In this document: positions 9,357 through 21,100 of the stretch, piece by piece
Layout: each line of letters opens with the position of its first letter
Numbering within the stretch: position 1 is the first letter of the stretch
Assembly (NCBI GenBank): GCA_963765765.1
Contig: CAVXYC010000010.1
Coordinates: 234,076-298,075, forward strand
DNA length: 64,000 nucleotides
Source: an uncultured Chloroflexia bacterium
Lineage (GTDB): Bacteria > Chloroflexota > UBA6077 > JACCZL01
Direction of reading: 5' to 3'
Notes under the pieces: generated by a model
The model's input: only the letters and a program-made list of their open reading frames with translations
The model's database searches: none
Told to the model about the DNA's origin: nothing
Program-made: the position numbers and the translations under genes

Positions 9357-10829
9357 GTGAGTCTGTCCACTGAGCCACTGCCCAAATATCGGCGAGTCAT
9401 CGAGCTACTTCGTCAAGAGCTCGCCCATGATTCCGTGTTCGATCGGGTAGAAGAACGGCTTGTCTACGAGTACGACTACGGGTTGGACCGATCGCCCCCC
9501 GACCTCGTGGTGACTCCACGGTCTGCCGCTGAGGCCGCGGCTGTAGTTCGTCTCGCGGCAGCTGAGGGCATCGCGGTTGTGCCACGAGGCGCGGGCACCG
9601 GTATCGCCGGGGGCGCTGTACCGATAGAAGGCGGGGTCGTCGTCTCGTTCGCGCGCATGCGCTCGATACGAGAAATTGATTTTGAGAATCGCGTGATGAC
9701 GCTCGAGCCCGGTGTGGTCAATCTTGACATGACCAGGGCTGTAGAGGAGGCCGGCTTCTACTTCGCTCCCGACCCATCCAGCCAGAAAGCCAGCACCATT
9801 GGAGGAAACGTAGCCAATAACGCCGGCGGTCCGCACTGCCTTGCGCTTGGCACTACGACGAACCACGTTGTGGCACTTGATCTCGTGCTGAGCGACGGTG
9901 AGACGATTCAATTGGGAGGTGAAGCGCCTGATTCGCCCGGCTACGACCTGCTCGGCTGTGCTGTAGGCTCAGAAGGTACGATCGGTCTAATTACCGAGAT
10001 TTCAGTTCGCATTCTTCCCCATTCTGAAGCCACGAAAACAGTGCTCGCAATTTTCGGCTCGGTGGAACACGCGTCAGCAGCCGTGTCTGAAATCATCGCC
10101 GCGGGAATCGTTCCGGCCGCGCTCGAAATCATGGACCAACTGGTCCTACAGGCTGTTGAAGCAGCCTTCCGCGCCGGATATCCGCCGGAGGCGGGCGCAG
10201 TCCTCTTACTCGAGCTTGACGGACTCTCGGAGACGGTTGGGGAGCAAGCTCCGCGAGTGGAGGCGATATGTCGGGGGCACGGCGCCAGTGAGCTGCGCTC
10301 AGCCGATACGGTGGAGGCTCGCGCCAAGCTCTGGGCTGGGCGGAAGGGTGCCGCGGCCGCCATGGGGCGAGTTGCACCGAACTACTATCTTCATGATGCC
10401 GTGGTTGCGCGCTCTCGACTTCCCGAGCTTCTTCATACGGTCGTGGAGATTGGGCATCGCTATGACCTGCCAATTGGCAATGTGTTTCACGCGGGAGACG
10501 GAAATTTGCACCCGATGATCATGTTCGACGTTCGCCAGCCCGGAGCGTTGGAGCGGGTCATGGCCGCTGGACGCGAGCTGCTCGAGGCCTGCGTTGCCGC
10601 GGGCGGCGCTCTCAGCGGGGAGCACGGGATTGGACTCGAGAAAAACAATTTCATGCCGTGGGTCTTCAGTGAGGATGATCTCGACATGATGGAGCGTGCG
10701 CGAGACGCTTTCGATCCACACCACATTTTCAATCCGGGAAAAATTCTCCCGTCCACACGCCAATGTGCCGACGTGCCGATTCCAGGACGTGCTGCCGCCC
10801 CATCGAAGGATCCGGGCCTGTGGGTCTAG
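9357..10829 (+). CDS. glcD: FAD-linked oxidase, glycolate oxidase subunit GlcD-like
   Basis: PRGAGTGIAGGA, PDPSS, TIGGNVANNAGG, GSEGT, HAGDGNLHP, GEHGIG. Confidence 0.88.
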   Translation: MSLSTEPLPKYRRVIELLRQELAHDSVFDRVEERLVYEYDYGLDRSPPDLVVTPRSAAEAAAVVRLAAAEGIAVVPRGAGTGIAGGAVPIEGGVVVSFARMRSIREIDFENRVMTLEPGVVNLDMTRAVEEAGFYFAPDPSSQKASTIGGNVANNAGGPHCLALGTTTNHVVALDLVLSDGETIQLGGEAPDSPGYDLLGCAVGSEGTIGLITEISVRILPHSEATKTVLAIFGSVEHASAAVSEIIAAGIVPAALEIMDQLVLQAVEAAFRAGYPPEAGAVLLLELDGLSETVGEQAPRVEAICRGHGASELRSADTVEARAKLWAGRKGAAAAMGRVAPNYYLHDAVVARSRLPELLHTVVEIGHRYDLPIGNVFHAGDGNLHPMIMFDVRQPGALERVMAAGRELLEACVAAGGALSGEHGIGLEKNNFMPWVFSEDDLDMMERARDAFDPHHIFNPGKILPSTRQCADVPIPGRAAAPSKDPGLWV

Positions 10830-12108
10830 CAACATCGCAACACCAGGGTATCTCTCCCGAGCCTGCGGACTACTTTAGCTGTGTTCACTGCGGACTCTGC
10901 TTGGAGCATTGCCCGACGTATCTCCAGACCGGACTTGAGATGTCTTCGCCCCGAGGCCGAATTCACCTCATCACGGCACTCAATGAGGGACGGATTGATG
11001 CCTCCGAAACCTACGCCGAGTCGATCGAGCAGTGCCTGGTCTGCCGCGCTTGCGAGGCCGCGTGTCCGTCAGGCGTGCCATTCGGCCGCCTCATGGAGTC
11101 CGCGAGAGCCCAGCTCCATGAGCGGCGCCCGCCAGGGAGAGCTCGTCGGGCGCTGGAATGGCTGGTGTTTAGCCAGCTCATTGGTCACCCACAGCGACTG
11201 CTGAACCTGGCCGGTCTACTTCGCGTTTATCAGCGGAGCGGCTTGCAAAGGTTGATTCAGCGGAGCGGCGTGCTGCAGGCACTTGCTCCGCGCGTGGCTG
11301 GACTGGACCAGATGCTTCCGGCGCTTCCGAAAAAATTCTTCCACCCTAGCCGCGACTTCTTCCGGCGCCGGGGAAGGCTCGAGCAAGAGTCGCATTGTTC
11401 ACAGGCTGCGTGATGCCGTTACTCTACCCCGCGGTTCACTGGGCAACGATTCGAGTCCTCAATCGAAACGGCTGCGATGTTTACGTGCCGGGTGAGCAGG
11501 TGTGCTGCGGTGCGCTCAACGTGCATTCTGGAGAGCGTGAGCGAGCAAGTGAGATGGCAGTCACCAACGTCGGCGCATTTGCTAACCTGCCAATTGATGC
11601 CGTCATCGTGAACGCCGCGGGCTGTGGCTCAACGCTCAAAGAGTATGGCGATATCCTTCCATCTGGTGATCGTCTGGCAACAAAGGTTCGCGACATCCAT
11701 GAGTTCCTCATAGAGCTCGGACTTCGTCAGCCGCTAGGTACAGTCAACCGGACGGTTACCCTCCAGGAGTCGTGCCATCTTGCGCACGCTCAGCGAATCA
11801 CGGGTCCCCCGCGGCAAATCCTGGATGCGATACCGGGACTCTCACTGGTCAACATGGCGCATCCCGACAGATGTTGCGGGAGCGCAGGCAGCTACTCGCT
11901 AACTCACACCGAGATGTCGATGAATCTCCTGGATCAGCGGATGGACGAGGCCCGCGCAAGTGGCGCCAACACGATCGTCACGGCGAACCCAGGCTGCCTT
12001 CTTCAGCTTGCGACCGGTGTGAAACGGCACGACCTGTCCATGGATGTCAAGCACATCATCGAGCTGCTCGATGAATCCTACGCCGCCGAGTCGCGCTGGG
12101 ACTCTTAA
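10820..12108 (+). CDS. glcF: Fe-S/CCG-domain protein, GlcF-like; apparent frameshift near 11365
   Basis: CVHCGLCLEHCP and CLVCRACEAACP ferredoxin motifs; FTGC, CCGAL and CCGSAG CCG motifs. Confidence 0.85.
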
Positions 12109-12187
12109 AGCGGTGGGACGGGCTCTGCACCCGCAAGTGAGGCGCGGTGACCGTGGTGTACGGATACCCGCCCCACCGAGACGTCCA

Positions 12188-13006
12188 CTAGCTTCTGCTG
12201 GCACCCTCAGTAAGTCCGCCATCCAGGCTCTTTACGAGTGACTGAATTTTGGGGAACGTCAGGCCTGGCCGTCGCACTGGGCGATCCGTAACCGGAGCTT
12301 CAATGGTGACCGGCTGGTTGTGCTTTGAATACTGGATTGTCATGTCTATCGTGCCCGGAAGGGCATCTCCGCCTGGCTCAATCGCAGGTACCGTGAAGGC
12401 AAAGACAACGCGCTCTTTGTAAAGCTGGCGATCGTCATTACCCACCCAGACCTCAAGGTTTGCCTTGAGAGACTTGAGCGCATCTCGAACGGTCTGATCG
12501 TCATTCGGCGAAAGCTCAGAAAGTGCTAGAAGGAGCCCCAGGTCGAGCTCGGTTGACCACTTCGTCGTTAGTTTTCCGTTGACTCGCTCCTGACCCTGGA
12601 CGCTGTACGGTCCCTTGGGCAGCACATCGGAGAGCACGATGGGACCGACGTTCAGCGGCACTTCGGGCGGGATCTCCTGCTCTTCCCATTTGGGATCGAA
12701 TTTTGAGCGAGCGTAAAACGTGTTGTTCGCGGTGACCGTTTCCAAAGAGAGCGGTCCGATTTTATACGTGCCCGCGCTCTTGTCCGGTGGTGCGAGGGAG
12801 CCCTGACCAGTCACGTCCACGGTGATGCCATCAACTTTGAAAAAGCCATTAAGGTCGAACTGGGCTGATCGGAACGGGACAATGTCCGGACCGGACACAC
12901 CTTTCTGCTCCATGGGGCCCGCAAAGAGCGTCGCGGGTGCGAGTCCAACAATGGCAATGATCGCAGCGAACACGGCGGCGAGGGGCCAACCTACGAATCG
13001 AGACAT
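12188..13006 (-). CDS. Secreted protein, possible LppX/LprAFG (LolA-like) fold
   Basis: Signal peptide; pattern GQERVNGKLTTKW...EVWVG.DD..LYK...YSKHNQPVTIEAP. Confidence 0.55.
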   Translation of the reverse strand: MSRFVGWPLAAVFAAIIAIVGLAPATLFAGPMEQKGVSGPDIVPFRSAQFDLNGFFKVDGITVDVTGQGSLAPPDKSAGTYKIGPLSLETVTANNTFYARSKFDPKWEEQEIPPEVPLNVGPIVLSDVLPKGPYSVQGQERVNGKLTTKWSTELDLGLLLALSELSPNDDQTVRDALKSLKANLEVWVGNDDRQLYKERVVFAFTVPAIEPGGDALPGTIDMTIQYSKHNQPVTIEAPVTDRPVRRPGLTFPKIQSLVKSLDGGLTEGASRS

Positions 13007-13076
13007 AGACCTCTCCATGGGCTGAGTGGCGGCCTCGTCCCTGCCGCGGTGCGTGATCTGTGACTGTGTGGCCTGG

Positions 13077-14277
13077 CTAGCCGGCTCGTTCAACGACGCT
13101 CGCAATCCCTTGCCCAACGCCGATGCACATCGTAGCCAGACCGTATCGAACGTCTCGACGCTGCATCTCGTAGAGGAGCGACGTCATGATGCGCGCACCG
13201 CTGCAGCCAAGCGGATGCCCAAGTGCGATAGCGCCGCCATTTACATTGACCCGCTGGTGATCGAGCTCCAGCTCTCGCAGGCATGCGAGTGATTGGGCTG
13301 CGAAGGCCTCGTTCAGCTCTACTAGGTCAATATCGTCAACGTTGAGGCCAGCACGAGCGAGCGCCTTTCGCGTCGCCGGGACAGGACCGATTCCCATATA
13401 GGCCGGGTCCACGCCCGCCACAGCCGCAGTAACTAGGCGCGCCATCGGTGTGAAGCCGAGCTCAGCTGCTTTCTCGGCAGACATCATAAGCAGGGCGCAA
13501 GCGCCGTCGTTGATGCCGGCCGAATTGCCGGCCGTGACTGTCCCGTTTTTACGGAAGGCCGCGGGTAGCGCTGCCAGCTTTTCCAATGAAGTGTCAGCGC
13601 GCGGATGTTCATCGCGATCTACGATGAGGGGCTCGCCTCGCCGCTGCGGGACGGCGACAGGGACGATCTGCGTATCGAATGCGCCGTTTCCCTGGGCCGT
13701 TACTGCTCGCTGCTGACTATGAAGCGCGAATGAGTCCTGTTCCTCGCGCGAGATTCCGAACCGCTCGGCGACGTTCTCGGCCGTCTCCCCCATACTGATG
13801 GGCTCATACATGGCCGCCATGCGCGGATTCACCATGCGCCAGCCAAGCGTACTGTCGTAAACGGTCTGATTGCCCCTCGGAAATGCGCCATCACTCTTGG
13901 GCATGACAAACGGGGCGCGGGTCATGCTTTCCACGCCGCCGGCGATAAAGACGTCGCCTTGTCCCGTCTGAATTGCCTGGGCGGCGCTGTTTATGGCCTG
14001 CAGACCCGATCCGCACAGACGATTGATGGTCTGCCCCCCGACCTCTTCAGGTAGTCCAGCGAGCAGGAGACTCATCCGCGCGACGTTTCGATTGTCCTCA
14101 CCAGCTTGATTGGCGCAGCCGACGAGCACGTCTTCGATCAGTGTGGGATCAACGCCAGTACGGTCGAGAAGGGCTCGAAGAGCCGTAGCGAGGAGGTGGT
14201 CCGGCGACATCTTTGAGGGCGCCGCCGTGGCGGCCGATCGGCGTCCGAACCGCGTCAACAATTACGGCATCTGGCAT
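13077..14277 (-). CDS. Acetyl-CoA C-acyltransferase (PcaF/PaaJ-like thiolase); apparent frameshift near 14207
   Basis: [52 protein letters not shown]. Confidence 0.92.
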
Positions 14278-14312
14278 GGCGGGCTCATGATATCACCACG
14301 TCTAACCTGGGA

Positions 14313-14630
14313 TCAGTGGGCTACGCCGTTCTCCTCTTCGTCATCGTCGAAGCGTGGGTCGCTATATACCCCGATCTCCTGTCCCTGGTAAACGGTGACC
14401 ACGAAATCGTCGCGTGGAAGGTCAGCGCTCCAGACAAGGTCTTCGTCAATCGTCTCGATGAGCTCCATCGTCTCGTCTTCGGGAAGCTGACGTTCTACGA
14501 TTAGCAGGCCGTACACGATGCTCGACGTGAAATGAAGATCAACACGCGCCAGTGGCTCGTCGCCCTGACTGATCAAGTAGGCCTCAGACCGGTCCGTCCG
14601 GCAGATGCGATCGTAGTGCAGGCCGTCCAT
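14313..14630 (-). CDS. Small acidic hypothetical protein
   Basis: 105-aa ORF with RBS, co-oriented upstream of the thiolase. Confidence 0.7.
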   Translation of the reverse strand: MDGLHYDRICRTDRSEAYLISQGDEPLARVDLHFTSSIVYGLLIVERQLPEDETMELIETIDEDLVWSADLPRDDFVVTVYQGQEIGVYSDPRFDDDEEENGVAH

Positions 14631-15045
14631 AGTGTGCGCGCCCCCTCGCAAGCCCGAAAGCGTCCGCGTGAGCCATCGCAAGCTCGGGCCCCACGCTCTG
14701 ATCATCCTAGCACGCTAGTCGTGGATCAAACGCAGTTGAACCAGTTGCTTTCGACCGTTCGCGCGAAGCACCTCAAAAAGCATTCCCGGTTCGCGGTCGA
14801 TAGGTAGAATTGGAGCATCCGTGGCACCGACGCGTAGAATCACATTCGGTGCTACGTTGACAGAAGGCATGCGCCGCTAGGCTTGCTGCATCTCATCACA
14901 ATCCCACTACAGTCGAATCACTCCAACATGCAGCCGTGTGGCAATGCAGCCTCGGAACTAACCTGTTTCGTACCATTGGCAACGGTCAATCGATCTCGGC
15001 TGCACGGTTAGCGGCGCTATCGAAATATCACGCGACACGGATGTC

Positions 15046-16065
15046 ATGAACGTACTTATCACCGGCGGCGCCGGCTTTATCGGTGCAAATCTGGCGCGCC
15101 GATTGTTGCGCCGTGGCGAGTCAGTAGCCATCTTGGACAACTTTTCGCGTCGTGGATCGCCGAAAAATGTCGAATGGCTGCACAGCGAGTGTGAGAGTCG
15201 GCCAGAGATCTTCCAGGGAGACCTCGCTGATTCAGAGGCTGTCCTGCGAGCGGTAGCTTCGGCCGAGGTGATCTACCATCTCGGTGGCCAGGTAGCTGTC
15301 ACGACCTCCGTACTTAAGCCGCGTTTGGATTTCGAAGCCAATGTGCTCGGGACATTCAACGTTCTGGAAGCGGCGCGAGCGAGCGAGCGACAGCCGATCG
15401 TGGTTTATGCGTCGACAAATAAGGTTTACGGCGCACTCGAGTCCGCCGAGGTTGTCGAGGACGAGAAGCGTTACCACTTCAAAATGCTGCCGTACGGCGT
15501 TCCGGAGGAATGGCCGCTCGATTTCCATTCCCCGTATGGATGCTCCAAGGGCGCCGGCGATCAGTATGTACGGGACTACGCGCGTATCTTCGGCCTTCGA
15601 ACTGTGGTGTTTCGACAGTCGTGCATCTTCGGCTACCGGCAGTACGGCATCGAGGATCAGGGCTGGCTGGCCTGGATGGTCATCGCGGCTATCACTGGGC
15701 AGCCCATCACAATCTATGGCAATGGCAAACAGGTGCGCGACATTCTCTTCGTCGAGGACCTTCTGGATGCCTATGATGCGGCTGTCAACCGCATCGACAT
15801 CGCAGCCGGTCAGGTCTACAACGTTGGTGGTGGACCGGAGCATTCGCTCTCTGTCTGGGCGGAGTTCGGCCCCATGTTGAGTGAACTGCTCGATTGTCAG
15901 ATCCCGGTGTCATATGGTCCCACTCGACCTGGCGATCAGCCGCTCTACGTGTCGGACATACGTAAGGCGAAGCGAGACCTGGGGTGGTCTCCGCAAGTCT
16001 CCATGCAGGACGGTTTGGAGAAGCTAGTCAACTGGGTACGGACGGCGCCCGAGATCGCATCATGA
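15046..16065 (+). CDS. NAD-dependent epimerase, CDP-paratose 2-epimerase (RfbE/Tyv)-like
   Basis: ITGGAGFIG, GQVAVTTS, STNKVYG, LDFHSPYGCSKGAGDQY, DQGW. Confidence 0.88.
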   Translation: MNVLITGGAGFIGANLARRLLRRGESVAILDNFSRRGSPKNVEWLHSECESRPEIFQGDLADSEAVLRAVASAEVIYHLGGQVAVTTSVLKPRLDFEANVLGTFNVLEAARASERQPIVVYASTNKVYGALESAEVVEDEKRYHFKMLPYGVPEEWPLDFHSPYGCSKGAGDQYVRDYARIFGLRTVVFRQSCIFGYRQYGIEDQGWLAWMVIAAITGQPITIYGNGKQVRDILFVEDLLDAYDAAVNRIDIAAGQVYNVGGGPEHSLSVWAEFGPMLSELLDCQIPVSYGPTRPGDQPLYVSDIRKAKRDLGWSPQVSMQDGLEKLVNWVRTAPEIAS

Positions 16066-17255
16066 CGATGCGCATCTTGATGGCCATTACCTACTTCAAA
16101 CCGTATGTCTCTGGGCTCACAGTGTATGCCGAGCGGCTCAGCACGGCATTAGTGGGACAGGGACACAAGGTCACGATTCTCACCTCCCAGTTCGAGCGGG
16201 ACCTGCCCATGCACGACGATGTATCAGGGGATACGAATCGTTCGGGTACCGGTCGGCTCGTGCGTGTGAGTAAGGCTGTTCTCATGCCCAGTTACGCCGC
16301 GATTGCATCGCGGCTCCTACGTGAGCATGACGTAGTGAACCTCCACTTACCGCAACCAGAATCCGCCGCACTGGCAGGTATCGCGCGGTACGTCGCGCGT
16401 CGCCCGATTGTCGTGACGTATCACTGCGACCTGACACTTCCCAAGTCGCTGGTCAACCGAGCCATCGACGAGGCAGCTTTCGCGAATAACTGGCTCACCG
16501 GCAGACTGGCGGACGCGGTGGTTGCGTATACCAATGATTACGCCGAGCATTCGCGCTTTCTGTCGCGATTTCCAGACAAACGACGGATCATTCCGCCACC
16601 TGTAACGATTCCAACTCCGGATCCCGCCGGTGTCGCCGCCCTGCGGTCACGTCTTGCGCTTCAGGATGAAAAGGTAATCGGTTTCGCCGCCCGATTCGCC
16701 ACGGAGAAGGGCGTAGAAGTTCTGTTAGACGCCCTGCCGCGGATCCGTGCTGAGCTTGGAGACGTCCGAGTGCTTTTCGCCGGGCCGGATAAAGACGTGA
16801 TTGGCGAAGCTGATTATCGAGCACGGCTCAGACCTCGGATCGAGGCGCTCGGCAGCGCCTGGGCATTCCTCGGCACGCTCACTCAGCAGCAGCTCGCTGA
16901 CTTCTATTCGATCTGCGACGTCACGGTGCTACCGAGCATCAACTCTACAGAAAGCTTTGGCATGGTCCAGGTGGAGGCTATGGCAACGGGAACTCCCGTC
17001 TGTGCCAGCAATCTCCCCGGTGTTCGCGTCCCGATCCAGACCACCGGGATGGGCGCGGTGGTGACCATCGGCGACTCGCAGAGTCTGGCTCGCGCGGTGA
17101 TCGAGGTCGTGCGCAATCGCGGTTTGTACGTACGGCCACGAGAAGAGATACAGGCGCTGTTTAGCCTGGAGCGGACAGTCGCGGAATACACATCTCTGTA
17201 CGCATCGCTCATCCGAAGCCAAGCCCCTACAGTTGCTGATGGAGTGGCGGTGTGA
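16062..17255 (+). CDS. Glycosyltransferase family 4
   Basis: GT-B fold with EKGV and ESFGMVQVEAMATGTPV. Confidence 0.9.
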   Translation: MTMRILMAITYFKPYVSGLTVYAERLSTALVGQGHKVTILTSQFERDLPMHDDVSGDTNRSGTGRLVRVSKAVLMPSYAAIASRLLREHDVVNLHLPQPESAALAGIARYVARRPIVVTYHCDLTLPKSLVNRAIDEAAFANNWLTGRLADAVVAYTNDYAEHSRFLSRFPDKRRIIPPPVTIPTPDPAGVAALRSRLALQDEKVIGFAARFATEKGVEVLLDALPRIRAELGDVRVLFAGPDKDVIGEADYRARLRPRIEALGSAWAFLGTLTQQQLADFYSICDVTVLPSINSTESFGMVQVEAMATGTPVCASNLPGVRVPIQTTGMGAVVTIGDSQSLARAVIEVVRNRGLYVRPREEIQALFSLERTVAEYTSLYASLIRSQAPTVADGVAV

Positions 17256-18064
17256 CCCAAGCGACGACTCAGCGACCGCCGAGCCCGGACTTCCTGGCGC
17301 AACACCTTCGCGAGGTGCCGCCCTTCAGGGCGCTCATTCGAGCGATCGAATGTCGGCTGTTCGATGAGCTCGGCGAGCTCCAGCATCCCGTCCTGGACCT
17401 CGGATGTGGCGATGGCCATTTTGCTTCCGTAGCCTTCCGAGAAGCGCTCGACATGGGTATCGATCTGGACGAGCGATCCATCCAGGATGCGCAGCTTCGC
17501 AAGGCGCATGGAATAGTCCTGCGCGGGAGCGCCACCGCAATTCCAGCGGGCGATGGCGCATTTGCAACCGTCGTAAGCAATTGCGTCGTCGAGCACATTC
17601 CTGACCTCGCCGGCACGCTCAGCGAAGTCAAGCGAGTCCTTCGCCCGGGCGGCCTGTTTGCGTTCGGCGTACCGAGTCATCGCTTTGCTGACCTGTTGCT
17701 CGGAAGCACGCTGCTGCACGAAGTAGGACTGGATCGGCTCGGAGATCGTTACGGTCGCTGGTTCAACAAGCATTCGCGACATTTCCACACCTACCATCCA
17801 AATACCTGGCTGCGCTTGCTCGATGCTCACGGATTCGGAGACATTCAGTGGCAGTACTACATGAACGCCGCGGGCCATCGAGCCTTTGACATCGCGCACT
17901 ACGTCAGCGTTCCAAACCTGGTGGCTTACAAGCTGACGGGTTCCTGGGTGCCCTGGCAGGTGCCGTCGGTGGAGAAGTGGATCGACCGGTGGCTCCGTCC
18001 GTATTACGAGAGCGGGGCGCCCGATGATGGCGCATACATCTTCTTCGCATGCCGCAAACACTAG
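17252..18064 (+). CDS. Class I SAM-dependent methyltransferase
   Basis: VLDLGCGDG, VVEHIPD, RVLRPGG. Confidence 0.9.
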   Translation: MTQATTQRPPSPDFLAQHLREVPPFRALIRAIECRLFDELGELQHPVLDLGCGDGHFASVAFREALDMGIDLDERSIQDAQLRKAHGIVLRGSATAIPAGDGAFATVVSNCVVEHIPDLAGTLSEVKRVLRPGGLFAFGVPSHRFADLLLGSTLLHEVGLDRLGDRYGRWFNKHSRHFHTYHPNTWLRLLDAHGFGDIQWQYYMNAAGHRAFDIAHYVSVPNLVAYKLTGSWVPWQVPSVEKWIDRWLRPYYESGAPDDGAYIFFACRKH

Positions 18065-18113
18065 ATCCACCGTTTGATAATCGCATCTCGGCGAGCTTCA
18101 ACCTTGCATAGGC

Positions 18114-21100
18114 ATGGCTGAGAACATCCTCCAAAATCCGATGCGGCGAACCGAGTCGCGCAGTGAATCTCGGGCACTCAGCCTGCCGCGGATCGATTCC
18201 TGGGTGTGGCTCGTGGCAATTCTGCTGGTTGGCTCTCTGCTTCGGTTCGTCGGGATTGCCTGGGACGAGACGTACCATCTGCACCCGGACGAGCGGTTCA
18301 TGACGATGGTGGAGACCGCCATCCGCGTTCCCGAAAATCTCAGCGGCTACTTCAATACCGCCACTTCTACGCTGAGTCCCTACAACAACAACTTCGGCCT
18401 GTACGTCTACGGCACGTTTCCGCTGTACCTCGTCAAGGCAGTCGGTCAGGTGCTGGACAAGGCAGGCTACGATCAGATCAATCTCGTCGGTCGCGCGCTC
18501 TCGGCTCTGTTTGACGTGGGGACGATTGCCGCGACTGCGCTCGTTGGGCGACGTCTGTACGGAGCCGCGGTGGGGCTCGTCGCGGGCGGGCTATATGCGC
18601 TGATGGCGCTGCCGATTCAGCAGGCACATTTCTTCACGGTAGACAGTTACGCGTCGTTCTTCGCAGTCCTGGCTGCCTATCTCGCAATCCGGATCGGGGA
18701 AAGCAATAGTCGCTGGGACTACCTGGCTCTGGGCGCGGTTGTTGGGTTTGGCATCGCTTGCAAGATCAGCATGTTCGTGCTTGGGGGATTCGCTGCCCTG
18801 GGCGCCATTATCGTGCTCTATAGAGCCTACGAGCGCGAGAGAGTGATTAGCGCATCCCTTGTCGAGTCGATTGCAGTTCGCCTCTTGTTATCTGGAATTG
18901 TCGCTATCCTCACCTTCCGGGTCCTCCAACCGATCGCGTTCCAGGGTCCCACGATTCTGAACTTCACCCCAAACGAGCAGTGGCTCGCGAATATGGCGGA
19001 GGTGCGCGGACTACAGAGCGGCGAGCGTGATTTTCCACCCGGCCATCAGTGGACGGATCGACCCGCAATCTGGTTTCCCTGGTCCAACATGGTGCTCTGG
19101 GGAATGGGCCTGCCACTGGGTTTAGCGGCGTGGATCGGCTGGGCCTTCGCGGCCTTCGAGCTGATTCGCAGGCGCAAGATCGAGCACTTCATCCCGGTCG
19201 TCTTTATCGGCATCGTGTTCCTCTTTCAGGGAACGCAGTGGGTAAAGTCCATGCGCTACTTCCTCCACATCTATCCCTTCCTCGCGATGACGGCGGCCTA
19301 TCTGCTGCATCGGATGTGGATGGCGGGTCGGGTCAACGGCGCCGTTGGACAAATTAGTACGGTATCGCGAGCGATCGTCCTTGGCATCGTGGGCTTAACG
19401 GCGCTCTATGCCATCGGATTCACTTCGATTTACACAAGGCCACACTCACGTGTGGACGCTTCACGGTGGATCTACGACAACGTGCCTCGCGGGGCCGCGA
19501 TTGCCAACGAGCACTGGGACGACCCACTTCCGCTCAGGTTGGACGGTCGTGACGGCTTTGGTGGTTACTACCGCGGCCTAATGCTCAACAACTATGACGA
19601 AGACACACCGAAAAAGCTGGATGAGCTCGTGGCGAACCTTGTCCAGGCCGACTATCTCGTGCTCTCCAGCAATCGGCTGTACGACTCTATTCCGCGGTTG
19701 CCGATGCGCTATCCCATGACGACGCGATACTACGAGCTTCTCTTCGCAGAACAGATCGGCTTCCATCGCGTGGCGGAGTTCACTTCCTATCCCAGTATTC
19801 TGGGCATCTCGTTGCCAGATCAAAGCGCAGAAGAAGCCTGGAGCGTCTACGACCATCCAAAGGTCACCATTTTTCAGAAGACTTCCGACTTTGACCGTGC
19901 CCGTGTTCTCGCTCAGCTAGGGGGTGGTATCGACTGGGACGGGATTCTTCGACTCCGACCTGACCAGGCGACCAAAGTAAAGACAGGTCTGATGCTCAGC
20001 CCGAGTGATCAGACAACCTATCAGGCAAGCGGTACGTGGCGAGAGCTTTTCTCAACTGAAGGCATCAGTAATCGATTTCCTCTCGTCGCCTGGTGGCTAG
20101 CCATTCAGGTGGTGGGATTGGCCGCCCTGCCGATCATCATGGTCGCTTGCCGATCCCTGGTTGACCGCGGCTGGGCTATCGCCAAGCCACTGGGGCTTTT
20201 GCTGGTGGCGTGGTTGGCATGGATGGCGGCCAGCCTACACCTGGCGGAATTCGGACCGAGCCTGGTCTTCGCGTCGCTCGGGGTTGTTGCGATCGTCTCG
20301 TCGCTTGTGCTCGCTGCGCGTGGACGAGACGTTCCGTCCATCCTGCGAGCTCGCTGGAGAATCATCGCACTGGAGGAAGCGCTCTTCACGGTCGCCTTCC
20401 TTGGGTTCGTTGCGGTCCGAGCGGCCAATCCAGATATCTGGCATCCGGTGATGGGCGGCGAGAAGCCGATGGACTTCGCCTATTTGAATGCCGTGATCAA
20501 GTCCGCCTACTTTCCTCCGTACGATCCCTGGTTCGCGGGCGGCTTTATCAATTATTACTACTTCGGATTCGTCCTGGTGGCGGGGCTTGTCCACCTCACC
20601 GGGGTGGTACCCGGGGTCGCCTACAACCTGGCCGTTCCGACGTTTTTTGCGGCGACGCTGGTCGGAGCATTCGCGGTGGCGCTCAATCTCGTTCAACGAC
20701 TTCCGGGGACCACTGGGCGAAGCTCAATCAACGTGGAGCCCACGAGTCGAGCGGCAGTTCTTGCCGGGGTAGCCGCCTCACTTGGAGTTGCCGTCATGGG
20801 CAACCTTGGCGAGCTGCAGCTCTTGCTCAAGGGCCTTCACGACATTGGTCGAACGGTTATTCAGCTCCCGTTTCTCACCGAGGTCTTACGGGTGACAGAC
20901 GGTCTCCGGATGGTTATCGGCGGGGGTAAAACCCTGCCCTTCCGCACGGAGTGGTGGTACTGGAATGCGACCCGGGTGATCGATCACCCGCAGGGTGAAG
21001 CGGTTCCAATCACGGAGTTCCCTTACTTCACCTTCCTGTATGGGGATCTCCACGCCCATATGATGGCCCTACCATTCACGCTCGTATGTCTGGTTCTTAT

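Noticed and set aside
16904-18070. Long antisense or alternative-frame ORFs (e.g. 16904-18070, 38510-39277, 33295-34086, 1195-2088)
   Set aside because: They are shadows of real genes or repeats in high-GC DNA, with no recognisable motifs or RBS.
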